Positions 18,884 to 29,349 are shown, counted from the first letter of the stretch. The stretch: 64,000 nucleotides of DNA from Candidatus Multivoradales bacterium (GCA_965248055.1 CBDFIJ010000004.1:224001-288000); one strand, 5' to 3'. A program made the numbers and translations. Notes: generated from the letters alone by a model not told the origin.

Positions 18884-19963
18884 CTAAATCCTGTATTTGA
18901 GCGCCAGACCGTGAAACTCCCGTCGGGCCTCTGCAAGAGTATCGGATAGCGTCAAGCGGTGCGCCAACATCACCATCACCCGTTCGCTGGATGGGTCGAT
19001 CCATAGGCTGCATCCGGTAAACCCGTTGTGTCCAAAGGCGAGCTTTTCCAGTCCGTCCAGTGTCTTGTCGGCTCGCCACCAGCCCAAGGCATACCGGCCC
19101 GGTCCTGCAATCCCTTCGTCCACAGCATCTTGAGGAAGCCTACGCGGTGCCATCCATTCGACCCCCAACGCCAGAACACTCGCCAAATCGCCGAACATGC
19201 CAGCGTGCCCCAGTGTTGAATGGCCCAGTGTCGAGAGTACGCGGGCGTTACCATCCTGTGGAATCCCGCAATAGACCTGCCGAGATTTCGGAACCTCGAT
19301 ATCCAGTTCCGCCGCAAACTCGACTTCGCGTTGATTGGAGAGATAGGTTCCAGCGGTGTGCTCCAGAACTGGCAAATAGGTCGGCAACGGCGACAGCACC
19401 GGATCCAGAGTCGGAAGGACGGCGTGTCCCGCTCGCTGCGCCAAGATCGACCACAGAATCGGACCCAGGTCGCTGTAAGTTCCATCCTGCCCGTTTTTTG
19501 GAGGAGCGAGCCACAGCCTCGGATCGCGAAATCGACTGTCAGCCAGGTCTCCAGATCGGTCTTCGGTGTAGAACGGAAACCAGGGGATGAGCCCTGAACG
19601 GTGACGCAGCAGGGAGTCGAGCAGCAGCTTGCTCGCCGGTTCGGGCAACTCCTCAACCAGAGTGCCCAGGGGCGTAGCCAAGGGCAGCTCACCAGCTTCA
19701 TCGAGCAGTAGTGCCGCGGTTGCCGTGAAAGGCTTGGTCAAAGAGGCCAAGTCGAACACCGTGCTGAGAGTCGCAAGTTGGCGGTCAACCCCCTCAACAA
19801 CGGTCGGTTGTTGCCAACCCTTGGCCGCGTAGCGAACACGCTGACCATCGCAGACCCCGACAACCACAGCCGAAACTTCGCCGGAGGCGCAGACTTGGCT
19901 GGCAAAGGTGGCCAGTCGTCGAGACTCTACGAACTCCAGTTTTACTGAGGATTTCACCAACAA
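18884..19963 (-). CDS. Serine hydrolase, beta-lactamase class C / AmiE-like family
   Basis: FDLASLTK (SxxK), YSDLG, GHAG and GHNGFTG motifs. Confidence 0.85.
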   Translation of the reverse strand: MLVKSSVKLEFVESRRLATFASQVCASGEVSAVVVGVCDGQRVRYAAKGWQQPTVVEGVDRQLATLSTVFDLASLTKPFTATAALLLDEAGELPLATPLGTLVEELPEPASKLLLDSLLRHRSGLIPWFPFYTEDRSGDLADSRFRDPRLWLAPPKNGQDGTYSDLGPILWSILAQRAGHAVLPTLDPVLSPLPTYLPVLEHTAGTYLSNQREVEFAAELDIEVPKSRQVYCGIPQDGNARVLSTLGHSTLGHAGMFGDLASVLALGVEWMAPRRLPQDAVDEGIAGPGRYALGWWRADKTLDGLEKLAFGHNGFTGCSLWIDPSSERVMVMLAHRLTLSDTLAEARREFHGLALKYRI

Positions 19964-19976
19964 CCTACCCCTAGCC

Positions 19977-21215
19977 TCAGGCGTAATTGGCCGGATGGCC
20001 GGTCTGGAACACCACTACGGATTGCCCAGCCTTGATGTATCCAGCCTCGACCAGTTGCTCCAGCGCTAACAACGCCGCCGCACCCTCGGGACCAACGACT
20101 AAGCCGTGAGTGCGCGTCGCTTGCGTCGCTCGAGGCGCTATCTCTGCTTCCGGCACCGCGACCGCCTGGCCGCCGGACTCGCGCAGCGCCCGCAAAGTCA
20201 ACCGGTCGCCAATCGCGTGCGGCACTTTCAGCCCCCAAGCTTCGGTGCTCGGAGCGCTCCAAGCCGTGGTCTCGACCTCGCCCGAGTCAAACGCGGCGAC
20301 CAAAGGTGCACAACCGTCCGACTGAACCGCAACCAACCGGGGACGTTGATCCAGAAGGCCGAGTTGCTCCAGTTCTCCAAACGCTTTGTGCATCGCCACG
20401 ATCCCGGTCCCGCCGCCAGTAGGAAAGAGAATCCAATCCGGCGCCCGCCACTGCAACTGTTCGATAAGCTCATAGCCAAGGGTCTTTTTGCCTTCCGCTC
20501 GGTAGGGCTCGCGCAGGGTGGCAAGGCTGAGCAACTCCTGCGGATCGTCGACCAAGACGCGACCGGCATCAACCAAAGTCTCTCCGGCAACGATCACCTC
20601 AGCGCCGAAATCCCGACAGCGATCAACCACCCGCTCCGGCGTGGACTGGGGAAGTGCCACCCGGCAGCGCAATCCGGCTGCGGCAGAGTAGGCAGCGGCG
20701 GCGATGCCGGCATTTCCTGCACTCGGCAACTCCACGCCCTCCACCCCGAGTTCCCGGGCACGGTTGATCGCCAGGGATAAACCTCGATCCTTGAACGATC
20801 CGGTCGGGTTGCTGGCTTCCTGTTTGAGATAGACCGAAATCAGACCATCTGCGGTGTCGATCAACTGAGCCCCTAATACAGGCCCCGGTAAAGGCCCCAA
20901 TAAAGGGGTAGCACCCTCGCCCAAGTCGACGCGCTGTTCTAGATTCCTCACTGGCAGCAACTCGGAGTAGCGCCACAAACTCCATGGGCGCTGGCGAAGC
21001 GCCTGTTTCCACTCACTCCCATCCAGCCCTTGGAGGTCATAGTCAACCAACCACGGTCGCCCACAGGAACAGAGGGTCTGCACCAGATCCATGTCGGCTC
21101 GATTGCCACATTCGGGACAGGCCAAGTCGCGCGCCCGGCTGGTGCCTAGATTCCAGTCCAGGTTGTCGCCCAGATTCTTGTGGGTACTGGTGTCGGTCAC
21201 TGGATTATCGGTCAT
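19977..21215 (-). CDS. thrC: Threonine synthase (PLP fold II)
   Basis: NPTGSFKDRG, SAGNAG and PTGGGTG motifs, with an N-terminal Zn-ribbon CxxC…CxC. Confidence 0.85.
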   Translation of the reverse strand: MTDNPVTDTSTHKNLGDNLDWNLGTSRARDLACPECGNRADMDLVQTLCSCGRPWLVDYDLQGLDGSEWKQALRQRPWSLWRYSELLPVRNLEQRVDLGEGATPLLGPLPGPVLGAQLIDTADGLISVYLKQEASNPTGSFKDRGLSLAINRARELGVEGVELPSAGNAGIAAAAYSAAAGLRCRVALPQSTPERVVDRCRDFGAEVIVAGETLVDAGRVLVDDPQELLSLATLREPYRAEGKKTLGYELIEQLQWRAPDWILFPTGGGTGIVAMHKAFGELEQLGLLDQRPRLVAVQSDGCAPLVAAFDSGEVETTAWSAPSTEAWGLKVPHAIGDRLTLRALRESGGQAVAVPEAEIAPRATQATRTHGLVVGPEGAAALLALEQLVEAGYIKAGQSVVVFQTGHPANYA

Positions 21216-21220
21216 TGGTG

Positions 21221-22489
21221 TTAACTCCTACTGCCCTGTCGAACTCTGAATCGGTCGATCGCCATTTGGTAGGCCTGGCGATAGCGTCCGGCAATCGCAT
21301 CCCAAGTGTGTCCTTCCACCGCACGCTGTCTTGACCTCTGCCCCATTTTCTGGCGTAACTCCCGATTACTGGCGACTTGCACCAGAGCCTCCACCAACGC
21401 CTCAGGATCCGCTTCCGCTACCAACCTGCCGTTGTCGCCATCGTCAATTGCCAGGGGAATCCCCGAGATTCCAGACGCCACCACCGGCAAACCAGTCGCC
21501 ATCGCTTCGAGGATCACATTGGGCAGGCCATCGACGTTGCCCTTGGCGTCGTGGACCGCGGGCAGAACAAACAAGTCTGAGGCGCGATAGAGAGCCGGCA
21601 AGCGGTCACGGTAAACGATGCCCGGAAAATGGACTCGATCGGCGAACTGCGCTGTGGCCGCCTGCAAGTCCTCTAAGAGATCACCACCCCCGGCGAAAAT
21701 CACGTGGAGGTCTTCGACCTCGGCCAGCAACTTGGCCAGGGCGGGCACCAAGTGCTGGTAGCCCTTCTTGGAAACCATTCTGCCAACCGACAACAACACC
21801 GTGGCCTCGAGCGGAATCTTCAGCTCCTGGCGCCATTGCCGCGCGTCTCCGGAATGCGAAACGCCCTGGGTCGATGGATCGTTGACTGGCGGGCAAAACT
21901 CTTCAATGTTGACCCCATAGGGGATCACTCGGCTACGTTCGGCGGGAAAGCCGACGGCGCAAACGCGATCCACCAGCTCGGGCGAGCACCCGGTCAAGGC
22001 ATCGACTGAGCGCAAGGCGTTCTTAGTCCAGGTCGAGATCCCTCTGCGCTCGGCCATGAATACATCGCTTCCGTGCAGGCCAACCGCGGTCGCAACGCGG
22101 TCTGCGATCGACGGCAGCAGCAAGCCGTTGGGCACGACCCAGTGAGCTTGCACCAAGTCGTAGTCGCCGGTGCGCACTTCGCGCTGCAAACACGTACGAG
22201 CGGCAGCCAAGTACAGCGGGGTGACCGCCATCGCACCAAACCTTGGTGTCTCGTCGCGCTCCAGGCTGCGGCTATAACCCAGTAGTTCCCACGCCTCCGG
22301 TGCGTAGCGAAAGGTTTCGACGTCGACCCCTTGATCGCTCCAAGAACGTTCCACTCCCTCGGCGTGCGGTGCCAGGACTTTGACCTGATCACCTCCGCGA
22401 ACCAAGCCTCGGGCAAGATCCCGAATAAAGGGTCCGGAGGTATCCCCGTCAAAGCGAGGATAGGTTTGGGTGAGAAATAGGATGCGCAG
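21221..22489 (-). CDS. Glycosyltransferase family 4 (GT-B); probable CTG start
   Basis: Frame extends upstream of the ORF-track start to (L/M)RILFLTQTYPRF. It has VGRMVSKKG and DGLPNVILEAMATG motifs. Confidence 0.85.
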   Translation of the reverse strand: MRILFLTQTYPRFDGDTSGPFIRDLARGLVRGGDQVKVLAPHAEGVERSWSDQGVDVETFRYAPEAWELLGYSRSLERDETPRFGAMAVTPLYLAAARTCLQREVRTGDYDLVQAHWVVPNGLLLPSIADRVATAVGLHGSDVFMAERRGISTWTKNALRSVDALTGCSPELVDRVCAVGFPAERSRVIPYGVNIEEFCPPVNDPSTQGVSHSGDARQWRQELKIPLEATVLLSVGRMVSKKGYQHLVPALAKLLAEVEDLHVIFAGGGDLLEDLQAATAQFADRVHFPGIVYRDRLPALYRASDLFVLPAVHDAKGNVDGLPNVILEAMATGLPVVASGISGIPLAIDDGDNGRLVAEADPEALVEALVQVASNRELRQKMGQRSRQRAVEGHTWDAIAGRYRQAYQMAIDRFRVRQGSRS

Positions 22490-22526
22490 GGGACGACCTA
22501 ACGCCAGCGGCCAATAGAACGGTTGG

Positions 22527-23489
22527 CTACTCGATGCGTTCCCGCACCGCGTAGCTGTCTCGGCTGCGGAAATTCTTGAAAGTAATCATCTCGCCGATCA
22601 ACCCGGTGGTCAGCACTTGGATACCCAGCAGCATCAGCATCACCCCGAGCAACAGCAACGGCCGGTTGGACAAGCTCTCGCCCATTGCCCAACGCACCGC
22701 CAGGTAGGCGTTGATGCAAAAACCGAGACCCATTGATATCAGTCCGATCACCCCAAAAAGATGCAACGGCCGACGAGTGTACTTGGTTATGAACAATACC
22801 GTGATCAGGTCGAGTAGCCCCTTGTAGAGACGATCCCAGCCGTACTTACTCACTCCGGAACGGCGAGGATGGTGGCGTACCGTGATTTCCCCAATGGCAA
22901 ACCCTTTGCGGCTGGCCAGGACCGGAATGTAGCGGTGCAACTCACCATAAAGCGAGATCTGCTCCACAACTTCCCGGCGGTAGGCTTTGAAACCACAGTT
23001 GAAGTCATGCAAGTCAACCTGCGCCAGCTTTCGAGTGGCCCAATTGAACAACAACGATGGATAGCGCTTAGAAATCGGATCTTTGCGCTCTTTCTTCCAA
23101 CCCGACACCAAGTCCAAACCATCGTCTAACTTTTCCAAAAATCGTGGGATCTCCTGTGGGTCATCCTGCAAGTCGCCGTCCATGGTCACCAGAATGCGGC
23201 CTCGCGCGACATCAAAACCAGCGCTGAGAGCGGCGGCCTTACCAAAGTTGCGGCGTAGCCGGATCAGTTTGACCCGTGCGTCGTTGTGATGCGCTTGCCG
23301 AACTTTCTCCACTGTCGAATCAGTGGAACCGTCGTCGATGAAGATAATCTCGAAACTCTGGCCGGTCGCCTCGAGGACCTGAGCAACTTCAGTTGAAAGC
23401 TTGGCAACTGTCCCTTCCTCGTCGAGGACCGGGACCAAGACACTCACGTCTAGGTCGCTCTGTTCCAAGCGGATCGGTTCAACCGTCAT
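22527..23489 (-). CDS. Glycosyltransferase family 2 (ArnC/DPM1-like, C-terminal TM helices)
   Basis: VPVLDEE, IDDGSTD, RNFGK, MDGDLQDDP and DFNCGFK motifs. ATG overlaps the udg stop (TGATG). Confidence 0.9.
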   Translation of the reverse strand: MTVEPIRLEQSDLDVSVLVPVLDEEGTVAKLSTEVAQVLEATGQSFEIIFIDDGSTDSTVEKVRQAHHNDARVKLIRLRRNFGKAAALSAGFDVARGRILVTMDGDLQDDPQEIPRFLEKLDDGLDLVSGWKKERKDPISKRYPSLLFNWATRKLAQVDLHDFNCGFKAYRREVVEQISLYGELHRYIPVLASRKGFAIGEITVRHHPRRSGVSKYGWDRLYKGLLDLITVLFITKYTRRPLHLFGVIGLISMGLGFCINAYLAVRWAMGESLSNRPLLLLGVMLMLLGIQVLTTGLIGEMITFKNFRSRDSYAVRERIE

Positions 23490-24148
23490 CAGTGGTTCTC
23501 CGAAAGCCGTTGCCGCACTTGTTTCATGTCTTCCCATGTCGGTCTCTTGTATCCCTCGTTCCGCAGCAAAGCAGCGGGATGATAGGTAACCATGGTATCG
23601 ATCCCGCGCACCTGGTGCCAAGTCCCGCGTAATCGACCCAACGGCTCGGTGGTCCGCAAGAGGTTGTGTGCCGCGATCCGGCCCAGAGCTACGATCACCT
23701 TGGGGCCGATCGCGTCGATCTGCCGATCCAAGAAACCGCGACAAGCGGCGGCTTCATCGGGATCCGGGTCGCGATTCCCCGGAGGGCGACACTTGACGAT
23801 GTTGGCGATGTAAACCTGTTCCCGGCTTAATTCGATCGCCTGGATAATCTTGGTCAACAACTCCCCCGCCGCACCGACAAACGGAAGTCCTTGGCGATCC
23901 TCTTCCGCTCCCGGGCCCTCACCGATCAGCATCAAGTCGGCAGTCGGGTTACCACTGCCAAAAACCACCCTGTTGCGCCCTTCGGCCAATGGACAGGAAG
24001 TACAGCTTGCTGCCTCCAATCCAATCTGGGATAGATCCTCTCCTGAACGTGCGCGCAAGTCCGCCGCCGGGACATAGGTCTCGCGAAAACCTAGCGCTTG
24101 AAAATAATCGACGATGCCTTCAAGAGGCGGCCGAGGGTCGTGCTTCAC
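23489..24148 (-). CDS. Uracil-DNA glycosylase family 4 (Fe-S)
   Basis: CTSCPL, GEGPG, KCRPPGNRDP and YHPAALLR motifs. Confidence 0.92.
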   Translation of the reverse strand: MKHDPRPPLEGIVDYFQALGFRETYVPAADLRARSGEDLSQIGLEAASCTSCPLAEGRNRVVFGSGNPTADLMLIGEGPGAEEDRQGLPFVGAAGELLTKIIQAIELSREQVYIANIVKCRPPGNRDPDPDEAAACRGFLDRQIDAIGPKVIVALGRIAAHNLLRTTEPLGRLRGTWHQVRGIDTMVTYHPAALLRNEGYKRPTWEDMKQVRQRLSENH

Positions 24149-25349
24149 GGGACTCCAGCTCGCCAGCAAACAGGGCGATCAAATCGCGGGCCAGTCGACT
24201 CTTGTCTCTCAAGGAAAGAAAAATGGGTTGGCCGTGCGGTGAATAAACAGTGACCTCGTTGTCGCCACTATCGAAACCAATATCGTTGCGCGAAACATCA
24301 TTGGCGACCAGGAAGTCGACTCCCTTGGAGCGCAGCTTCTCGCGTGCGCCCGCTTCCACCGCTTCGGTTTCCGCTGCAAAGCCTACCCGCAGGGCTTGAG
24401 GCGCCACTTGGGGTAGCCGCGCCAGAATATCCGGATTGGTCTGTAGCTCCAGACTGACCTCTTTGCCACCCAAGTCCCGTTTCTTAATCTTGCTCTCAGA
24501 CACCTGCATAGGGCGGAAATCAGACACTGCCGCAGTCATGATCACTACGTCAGCGGCGGCAGCGTGCTCGACCGTCGCCGCTTCCATCTCCAGTGCGGTG
24601 ATGACGTCAATGCGCTCGACGCCCCAAGGAGTGGTCAACTCTACCGGTCCACTAATCAGGACCACCTCGGCCCCTTGGCGCGCCGCTTCGTCCGCCAGAG
24701 CGAAACCCATGCGACCACTAGATCGATTGGTTAAGTAACGCACTGGGTCCAAGGGTTCCCGGGTTGGGCCCGCCGTGACAACCACCTTGAGCCCACTGAG
24801 ACGACCCTCGGGCAGCGCGGCTTCAACCGCTTCAACGATGCGGTCTGGCTCCGCCATGCGCCCGATGCCAGTCTCCCCAGAGGCCAGTGGACCGACCACC
24901 GGCCCCACGACCACCGCACCGGACTCCTTGAGCGTTCGCAGATGACCCTTGGCGGTGAACTTGTTCCACATCGCCGGGTGCATCGCCGGACACAACACCA
25001 TCGGACCGTCATGGACCAGCGCCGTTGTGGTCAAGAAGTCGTCAGCCAAACCCAACGACAGGCGGGTCAGCGTGTTGGCAGTGGCAGGTGCCACAACCAA
25101 GATATCAGCCCATTCAGCGAGCGACACGTGGAGTTCTTCTCCACCACCCGTCGACAGATAGCCCTCACCATAGACCGCGTGACCGCTCAGCGCCTCCAGA
25201 GTCAAAGGGCTGAGAAACGCCTTGGCATGCTCGGTCATCGCACAACGGACTTCGTGGCCGTGCTCGCGCAGTCGACGCACCAAGTAGGCCGACTTGTAGG
25301 CGGCAATCCCGCCGCACACCCCGACCAGGATTCTTTGCGGTCTTGCCAT
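24120..25349 (-). CDS. coaBC: Phosphopantothenoylcysteine decarboxylase/ligase
   Basis: GGIAAYK, PAMH, TAGPTREPLDPVRYLTNRSSG and VGFAAET motifs. Confidence 0.95.
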   Translation of the reverse strand: MARPQRILVGVCGGIAAYKSAYLVRRLREHGHEVRCAMTEHAKAFLSPLTLEALSGHAVYGEGYLSTGGGEELHVSLAEWADILVVAPATANTLTRLSLGLADDFLTTTALVHDGPMVLCPAMHPAMWNKFTAKGHLRTLKESGAVVVGPVVGPLASGETGIGRMAEPDRIVEAVEAALPEGRLSGLKVVVTAGPTREPLDPVRYLTNRSSGRMGFALADEAARQGAEVVLISGPVELTTPWGVERIDVITALEMEAATVEHAAAADVVIMTAAVSDFRPMQVSESKIKKRDLGGKEVSLELQTNPDILARLPQVAPQALRVGFAAETEAVEAGAREKLRSKGVDFLVANDVSRNDIGFDSGDNEVTVYSPHGQPIFLSLRDKSRLARDLIALFAGELESREARPSAAS

Positions 25350-25388
25350 CAACGCCTCGAGGATTGTATTTCTTGGGATTGAGACTGA

Positions 25389-25640
25389 CTAGGAACTAAC
25401 TTCCGTCGTTCCCGCCTCGTCGGTGGCAACTTCTTCTACTGGCTCCTCAATCTCCGGTGCCGGGCCAAAGTCCCACTCCACCACGTCGGCCAAGACTTCA
25501 GCCATCGCCATTTGGGTGGCTTTCTTGGGGGCTCCACTGATCTTGGGCAAAGCGCCCCTAATCAACTGCTCCGCTCGTTCGGAGGCCAACAGGACAAACC
25601 GATACTTACTATCAATCCGCTCCGGTAGTTTTTGCATCAT
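25389..25640 (-). CDS. rpoZ: RNA polymerase omega subunit
   Basis: IDSKYRFVLLASERAEQL, in the conserved gmk-rpoZ-coaBC order. Confidence 0.9.
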   Translation of the reverse strand: MMQKLPERIDSKYRFVLLASERAEQLIRGALPKISGAPKKATQMAMAEVLADVVEWDFGPAPEIEEPVEEVATDEAGTTEVSS

Positions 25641-25729
25641 CAACTCCTAGGTTGTAACTAGCTCTATTTGGGGTGCTTCCGATGGGCTTACTAACAAACA
25701 GCCGCAAGCGTGATCTCAGTCAAAAGTGG

Positions 25730-26359
25730 TTACGAACTCCGAAACCCCTCAATCACGGCGCTCGCCGCACCCTGTACTCGTTCCCGTCGATATCGTTTTT
25801 CCAGAAAAATCGCGATCAGACCTCGACTCGCGCGCTCTGCATCGTCATTGATAATAACATAGTCGTACTCGGTATAACGTCTGATTTCCCAAAGAGATAC
25901 GTCCAGGCGCCTGCCAACTTCCCCGGCTTCGTCCAGCCCCCTCTCCAACAGACGACGGCGTAATTCGGTCATGCTGGGCGGCAGAATAAATACCGTGTGA
26001 GCTTCGGCAAACTGGTGACTCAACCTTTCGGCTCCCTGAACATCAATATCCAGGATCACATCCTGACCGTTTTCCATGCGTTGCATGACCTCAGCTCTTG
26101 AGGTTCCATAGTAGTTCGAGTGAACCTCAGCCCACTCCATAAACTCGTCCTCGGCAATCATCTGGCGAAACCGATCCTCACCGACAAAATGGTAGTCGCG
26201 ACCGTCCACCTCTCCGCGTCGCGGCCGTCGGGTGGTGTGGCTCACCGAAAAATGGATCGAACCATCATTCACTTCTGCCACCAAGCCGCGAATTAGGGTG
26301 GTCTTTCCGGCCCCGGAGGGCGCCGACAAGATAAACAGTTCTCCTCTCTTCTCACTCAT
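25730..26359 (-). CDS. gmk: Guanylate kinase
   Basis: APSGAGKTT, SHTTRRPR, GRDYHF and YYGT motifs. Confidence 0.95.
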   Translation of the reverse strand: MSEKRGELFILSAPSGAGKTTLIRGLVAEVNDGSIHFSVSHTTRRPRRGEVDGRDYHFVGEDRFRQMIAEDEFMEWAEVHSNYYGTSRAEVMQRMENGQDVILDIDVQGAERLSHQFAEAHTVFILPPSMTELRRRLLERGLDEAGEVGRRLDVSLWEIRRYTEYDYVIINDDAERASRGLIAIFLEKRYRRERVQGAASAVIEGFRSS

Positions 26360-26373
26360 AAACACTCTCCACC

Positions 26374-27258
26374 TCATTCGACATTGCGCAATTGCTCCCG
26401 AAGATCTTCACACAGGGTTTTGCCTTCAATCGCAGCGTGGACCGACTCCGTGTCACGACATTTGGCGGCGATGGTATTGAACTCGCGAAAGATCTCTTGA
26501 ACGATGAAGTCGAGTTTGCGCCCGGTCGCTCCATCGGCCTCGACCACCGATTGAAAATGTTCGCAGTGCGCCGCCAAGCGGTCGGTTTCTTCGGTGATGC
26601 TCGACTTGTCAATAGCCGCTGAGACCTCCAACGCGATCCGTTCCTCGCCCAAGGTCTCAGGCGCACCCAAATCGACCAGCCGCTGCCGGTAGTCCTCGCG
26701 CATGGCGCCTTCGACCATAGCTCTGCGTTCTCTGAGTTGATCGGCAATTGACTCCACTTTGACCAAACGTTCTTCCAAGAACCCTTTCAGCCGTGCTCCT
26801 TCGTGCTCTCGCGCAGAGACCAGTGCGGCAAACGCCTGCGCCAGGCAATCCGTGATCATCGCCGTGGTCGCCTGCGAGTCCGGTTCGACCCGCTCCACGC
26901 GCAAGGCCGGCGGCCAGTTCAACAAATCGCCACCGGTGATTCCACCGCTAGCGAGCCCCAGTTTCTCGAGAGTGGAAAATTCATCGACCACCGTTCGCAC
27001 CAATTCTCGATCGACCACAATCTCGCGACTCTGGTCCAGATTCTCGACCTTGACCGTGACTTCAATGCGCCCCCGCTGTACACCGTTTCGGATCATCGTA
27101 GCCCACTGCTCTTCCACGCCGCGTAGTTCTTCCGGAAGATGCAGCCGTAGATCCAGATGTCGATGATTGAGCGAGCGCATGATCACGCTCACCGCGGTCG
27201 CCTCTGACGACACTTCCGCAGCGCCGAATCCAGTCATGCTCATAATTCCGTTCACCAT
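26374..27258 (-). CDS. yicC: YicC/YloC-family endoribonuclease (start 27258 or GTG 27255)
   Basis: SMTGFG, SLNHR, GRKLDF…REFNT and EDLREQLRNVE motifs. Confidence 0.92.
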   Translation of the reverse strand: MVNGIMSMTGFGAAEVSSEATAVSVIMRSLNHRHLDLRLHLPEELRGVEEQWATMIRNGVQRGRIEVTVKVENLDQSREIVVDRELVRTVVDEFSTLEKLGLASGGITGGDLLNWPPALRVERVEPDSQATTAMITDCLAQAFAALVSAREHEGARLKGFLEERLVKVESIADQLRERRAMVEGAMREDYRQRLVDLGAPETLGEERIALEVSAAIDKSSITEETDRLAAHCEHFQSVVEADGATGRKLDFIVQEIFREFNTIAAKCRDTESVHAAIEGKTLCEDLREQLRNVE

Positions 27259-27264
27259 CAGATT

Positions 27265-28413
27265 CTACCCAGCTTCAGCATCCACTTCACCCATCACAGA
27301 GAGAACTTCTCGCGCCGTCCGAGCGCTGGCCCCCGAAGATCCCAATGCTTCACGCAAACCGCTCAGCCGCTGCCTCATCTCCTGAACCTTGGATGGATCG
27401 GTCAACAAAGCCACCGCCTGATCACTCAAGATTGATGCCTCCGCGTGCTCCTGCAACATCTCCGGCACCACCTCATCATCGAGTACCAGGTTGACTAGGC
27501 TGACAAACCGCGTCTTGACCACCCATTGGGCAATTTGGTGGGTCAGCGGGTTGAGCTTGTAGACCACGAACATCGGCGTACCCAGCAACCCCACTTCCAG
27601 GGTGGCGGTTCCCGACGCGCACAAAACTAGGTGTGAATCGACAATTGCCTGATACCGCCCAGAGTCGATCCAGTCGACTTGCAATGCTTGATCAGTGAAA
27701 ATTCTAGCCAGCCGTGCGCGATCGACGTTGGGCGCCAGAATGACCTTGCATTCCACTTCAATGTGCTCGGACATTAGCTTCACTGCGCGGACTAACTCCG
27801 GCAACAAGCGATCGACTTCACTCTTCCGAGAGCCCGGCATCAGGGCGATCGTGAAGCGCTTTGGAGTGGGGTTTTGATCCCACGCGTTCTCGAGTTGTGG
27901 CACCGCATCGACCAGCGGATGTCCCACATGAACCGCCTCTACGCCCCGTGCGCGGTACCAGTCGACCTCGAAAGGAAACAACACCAAGATCTTGTCGACA
28001 TAGCGCCGCACCGCTTCGACCCGACCCTCACGCCAGGCCCAGAACTGCGGACTGATGTAGTAAATGACACGGATGCCTCGCTGGTGAAGCGCTTTCGCCA
28101 AACGCAAGTTGAAGCCGGGGGCGTCGACCAACACCGCAACCTGAGTTTTTCTGCGTGTGGTCTCGGCGAGTAGCTTGTTGAACAAATGCTTTGCGGTGCG
28201 CAGTACCTTGAGAACTTCAACCAAGCCAACCACAGCGATGCTGCTGGCGTGCCCAACTGAATCGACACCGTCTCGAATCAGAGCGTCACCGCATAGACCA
28301 AACGCAGTCAGGTCCGGAATCTCTTTCTTGAGTTCGCGGTAGAGAGCTGCCGCGTGCTCATCGCCGGACGCCTCGCCGACGACGATCATCAGTTCAGGCC
28401 TGTCGGGGTTCAT
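27265..28413 (-). CDS. lpxB: Lipid-A-disaccharide synthase
   Basis: GEASGD, ISPQFWAWR, VGHPL, MPGSR and SGTATLE motifs. Confidence 0.95.
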   Translation of the reverse strand: MNPDRPELMIVVGEASGDEHAAALYRELKKEIPDLTAFGLCGDALIRDGVDSVGHASSIAVVGLVEVLKVLRTAKHLFNKLLAETTRRKTQVAVLVDAPGFNLRLAKALHQRGIRVIYYISPQFWAWREGRVEAVRRYVDKILVLFPFEVDWYRARGVEAVHVGHPLVDAVPQLENAWDQNPTPKRFTIALMPGSRKSEVDRLLPELVRAVKLMSEHIEVECKVILAPNVDRARLARIFTDQALQVDWIDSGRYQAIVDSHLVLCASGTATLEVGLLGTPMFVVYKLNPLTHQIAQWVVKTRFVSLVNLVLDDEVVPEMLQEHAEASILSDQAVALLTDPSKVQEMRQRLSGLREALGSSGASARTAREVLSVMGEVDAEAG

Positions 28414-28607
28414 CCCGGGAAGTCTATGGGGGAATGGGACGGCATCCAGTACATCACCCAAGCCAGGGCGATACTGCCAAGCACCAAGATGCCCCACACT
28501 TTGGCAAAAAAACGGATCCGCGACGGCGCATCACTGCGCCACAGAACGGACAAGAACCCGCTCAAGAGCGTGGCGTGCAGGACCATCCAAAATAGATGGC
28601 TGTTCAT
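28410..28607 (-). CDS. Small two-TM membrane protein
   Basis: 65 aa and hydrophobic. Start and stop overlap both neighbours. Confidence 0.65.
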   Translation of the reverse strand: MNSHLFWMVLHATLLSGFLSVLWRSDAPSRIRFFAKVWGILVLGSIALAWVMYWMPSHSPIDFPG

Positions 28608-29020
28608 TAACCCTTGCGCCCCAGGGAAGTGTCCCAGACATCCAGCACCAGCAACCAATTCATCACCCCAGCACTGATCAAAAACGCGCTGCCGTACTCA
28701 TAGCCTTGAGCCAGCAAGTCGCCCTGATATCCGCTCCACTTGAGAGCAAAGTAGACCAGCCCAAGCCCCATGGTGCCCAGAGTGGTCAGTCCGGCCAGCG
28801 GTTGTCCTGGAGCGTTGGCTTCAATGCGCCCGTGAAGATAAATCCCGGCAAGCACTGTGGCAACAATCACCGCCAAATAGAAAACAGCTCGCCTCTTGTG
28901 TCCCAGCAGCCAATGGCCAGCACCAGGAATCATCCACGAGATCGCAGCTTTGCCGAGTGCCGGCGCGACGCTCGCCGGCGAGTCATTGGACACAGTCTTG
29001 CTGGCTGGTTGGTCTGACAT
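28607..29020 (-). CDS. Membrane protein (DUF6677-like)
   Basis: WMIPGAGHW N-terminal motif and YEYGSAFLISAGVMNWL. Confidence 0.7.
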   Translation of the reverse strand: MSDQPASKTVSNDSPASVAPALGKAAISWMIPGAGHWLLGHKRRAVFYLAVIVATVLAGIYLHGRIEANAPGQPLAGLTTLGTMGLGLVYFALKWSGYQGDLLAQGYEYGSAFLISAGVMNWLLVLDVWDTSLGRKG

Positions 29021-29043
29021 CGAGAAAGTCGGCAGCTGAATTT

Positions 29044-29340
29044 CTAGCGCTCGTTGTCCGTCCGATTGACCGAATCGCGAAGCGCTTTACCAGGCTTGAA
29101 ATACGGAACTCGTTTGGCTGGCACCATCACCGTGGCCCCGGTTTTGGGGTTCCGGCCGACCCGAGGCCCGCGCTGGCGAATGCGGAAACTGCCAAAGCCG
29201 CGAAGCTCTATGCCCTCACCGGACTGTAGGGAGCCGACAATCGAATCAATCACCAGCTGGACTGCCTGTTCGGCTTCGCGCCGGGGTACCCCAGCGTTAA
29301 CCACTTCGGTGACTAAATCAGCCTTGGTTAGACCAGCCAC
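29044..29340 (-). CDS. ihfB: IHF/HU family DNA-binding protein (IHF-beta-like)
   Basis: TKADL, ELRGFGSF, GRNPKTG and PYFKPGK motifs, downstream of rpsA. Confidence 0.85.
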   Translation of the reverse strand: MAGLTKADLVTEVVNAGVPRREAEQAVQLVIDSIVGSLQSGEGIELRGFGSFRIRQRGPRVGRNPKTGATVMVPAKRVPYFKPGKALRDSVNRTDNER

Positions 29341-29349
29341 GACTTCGCC

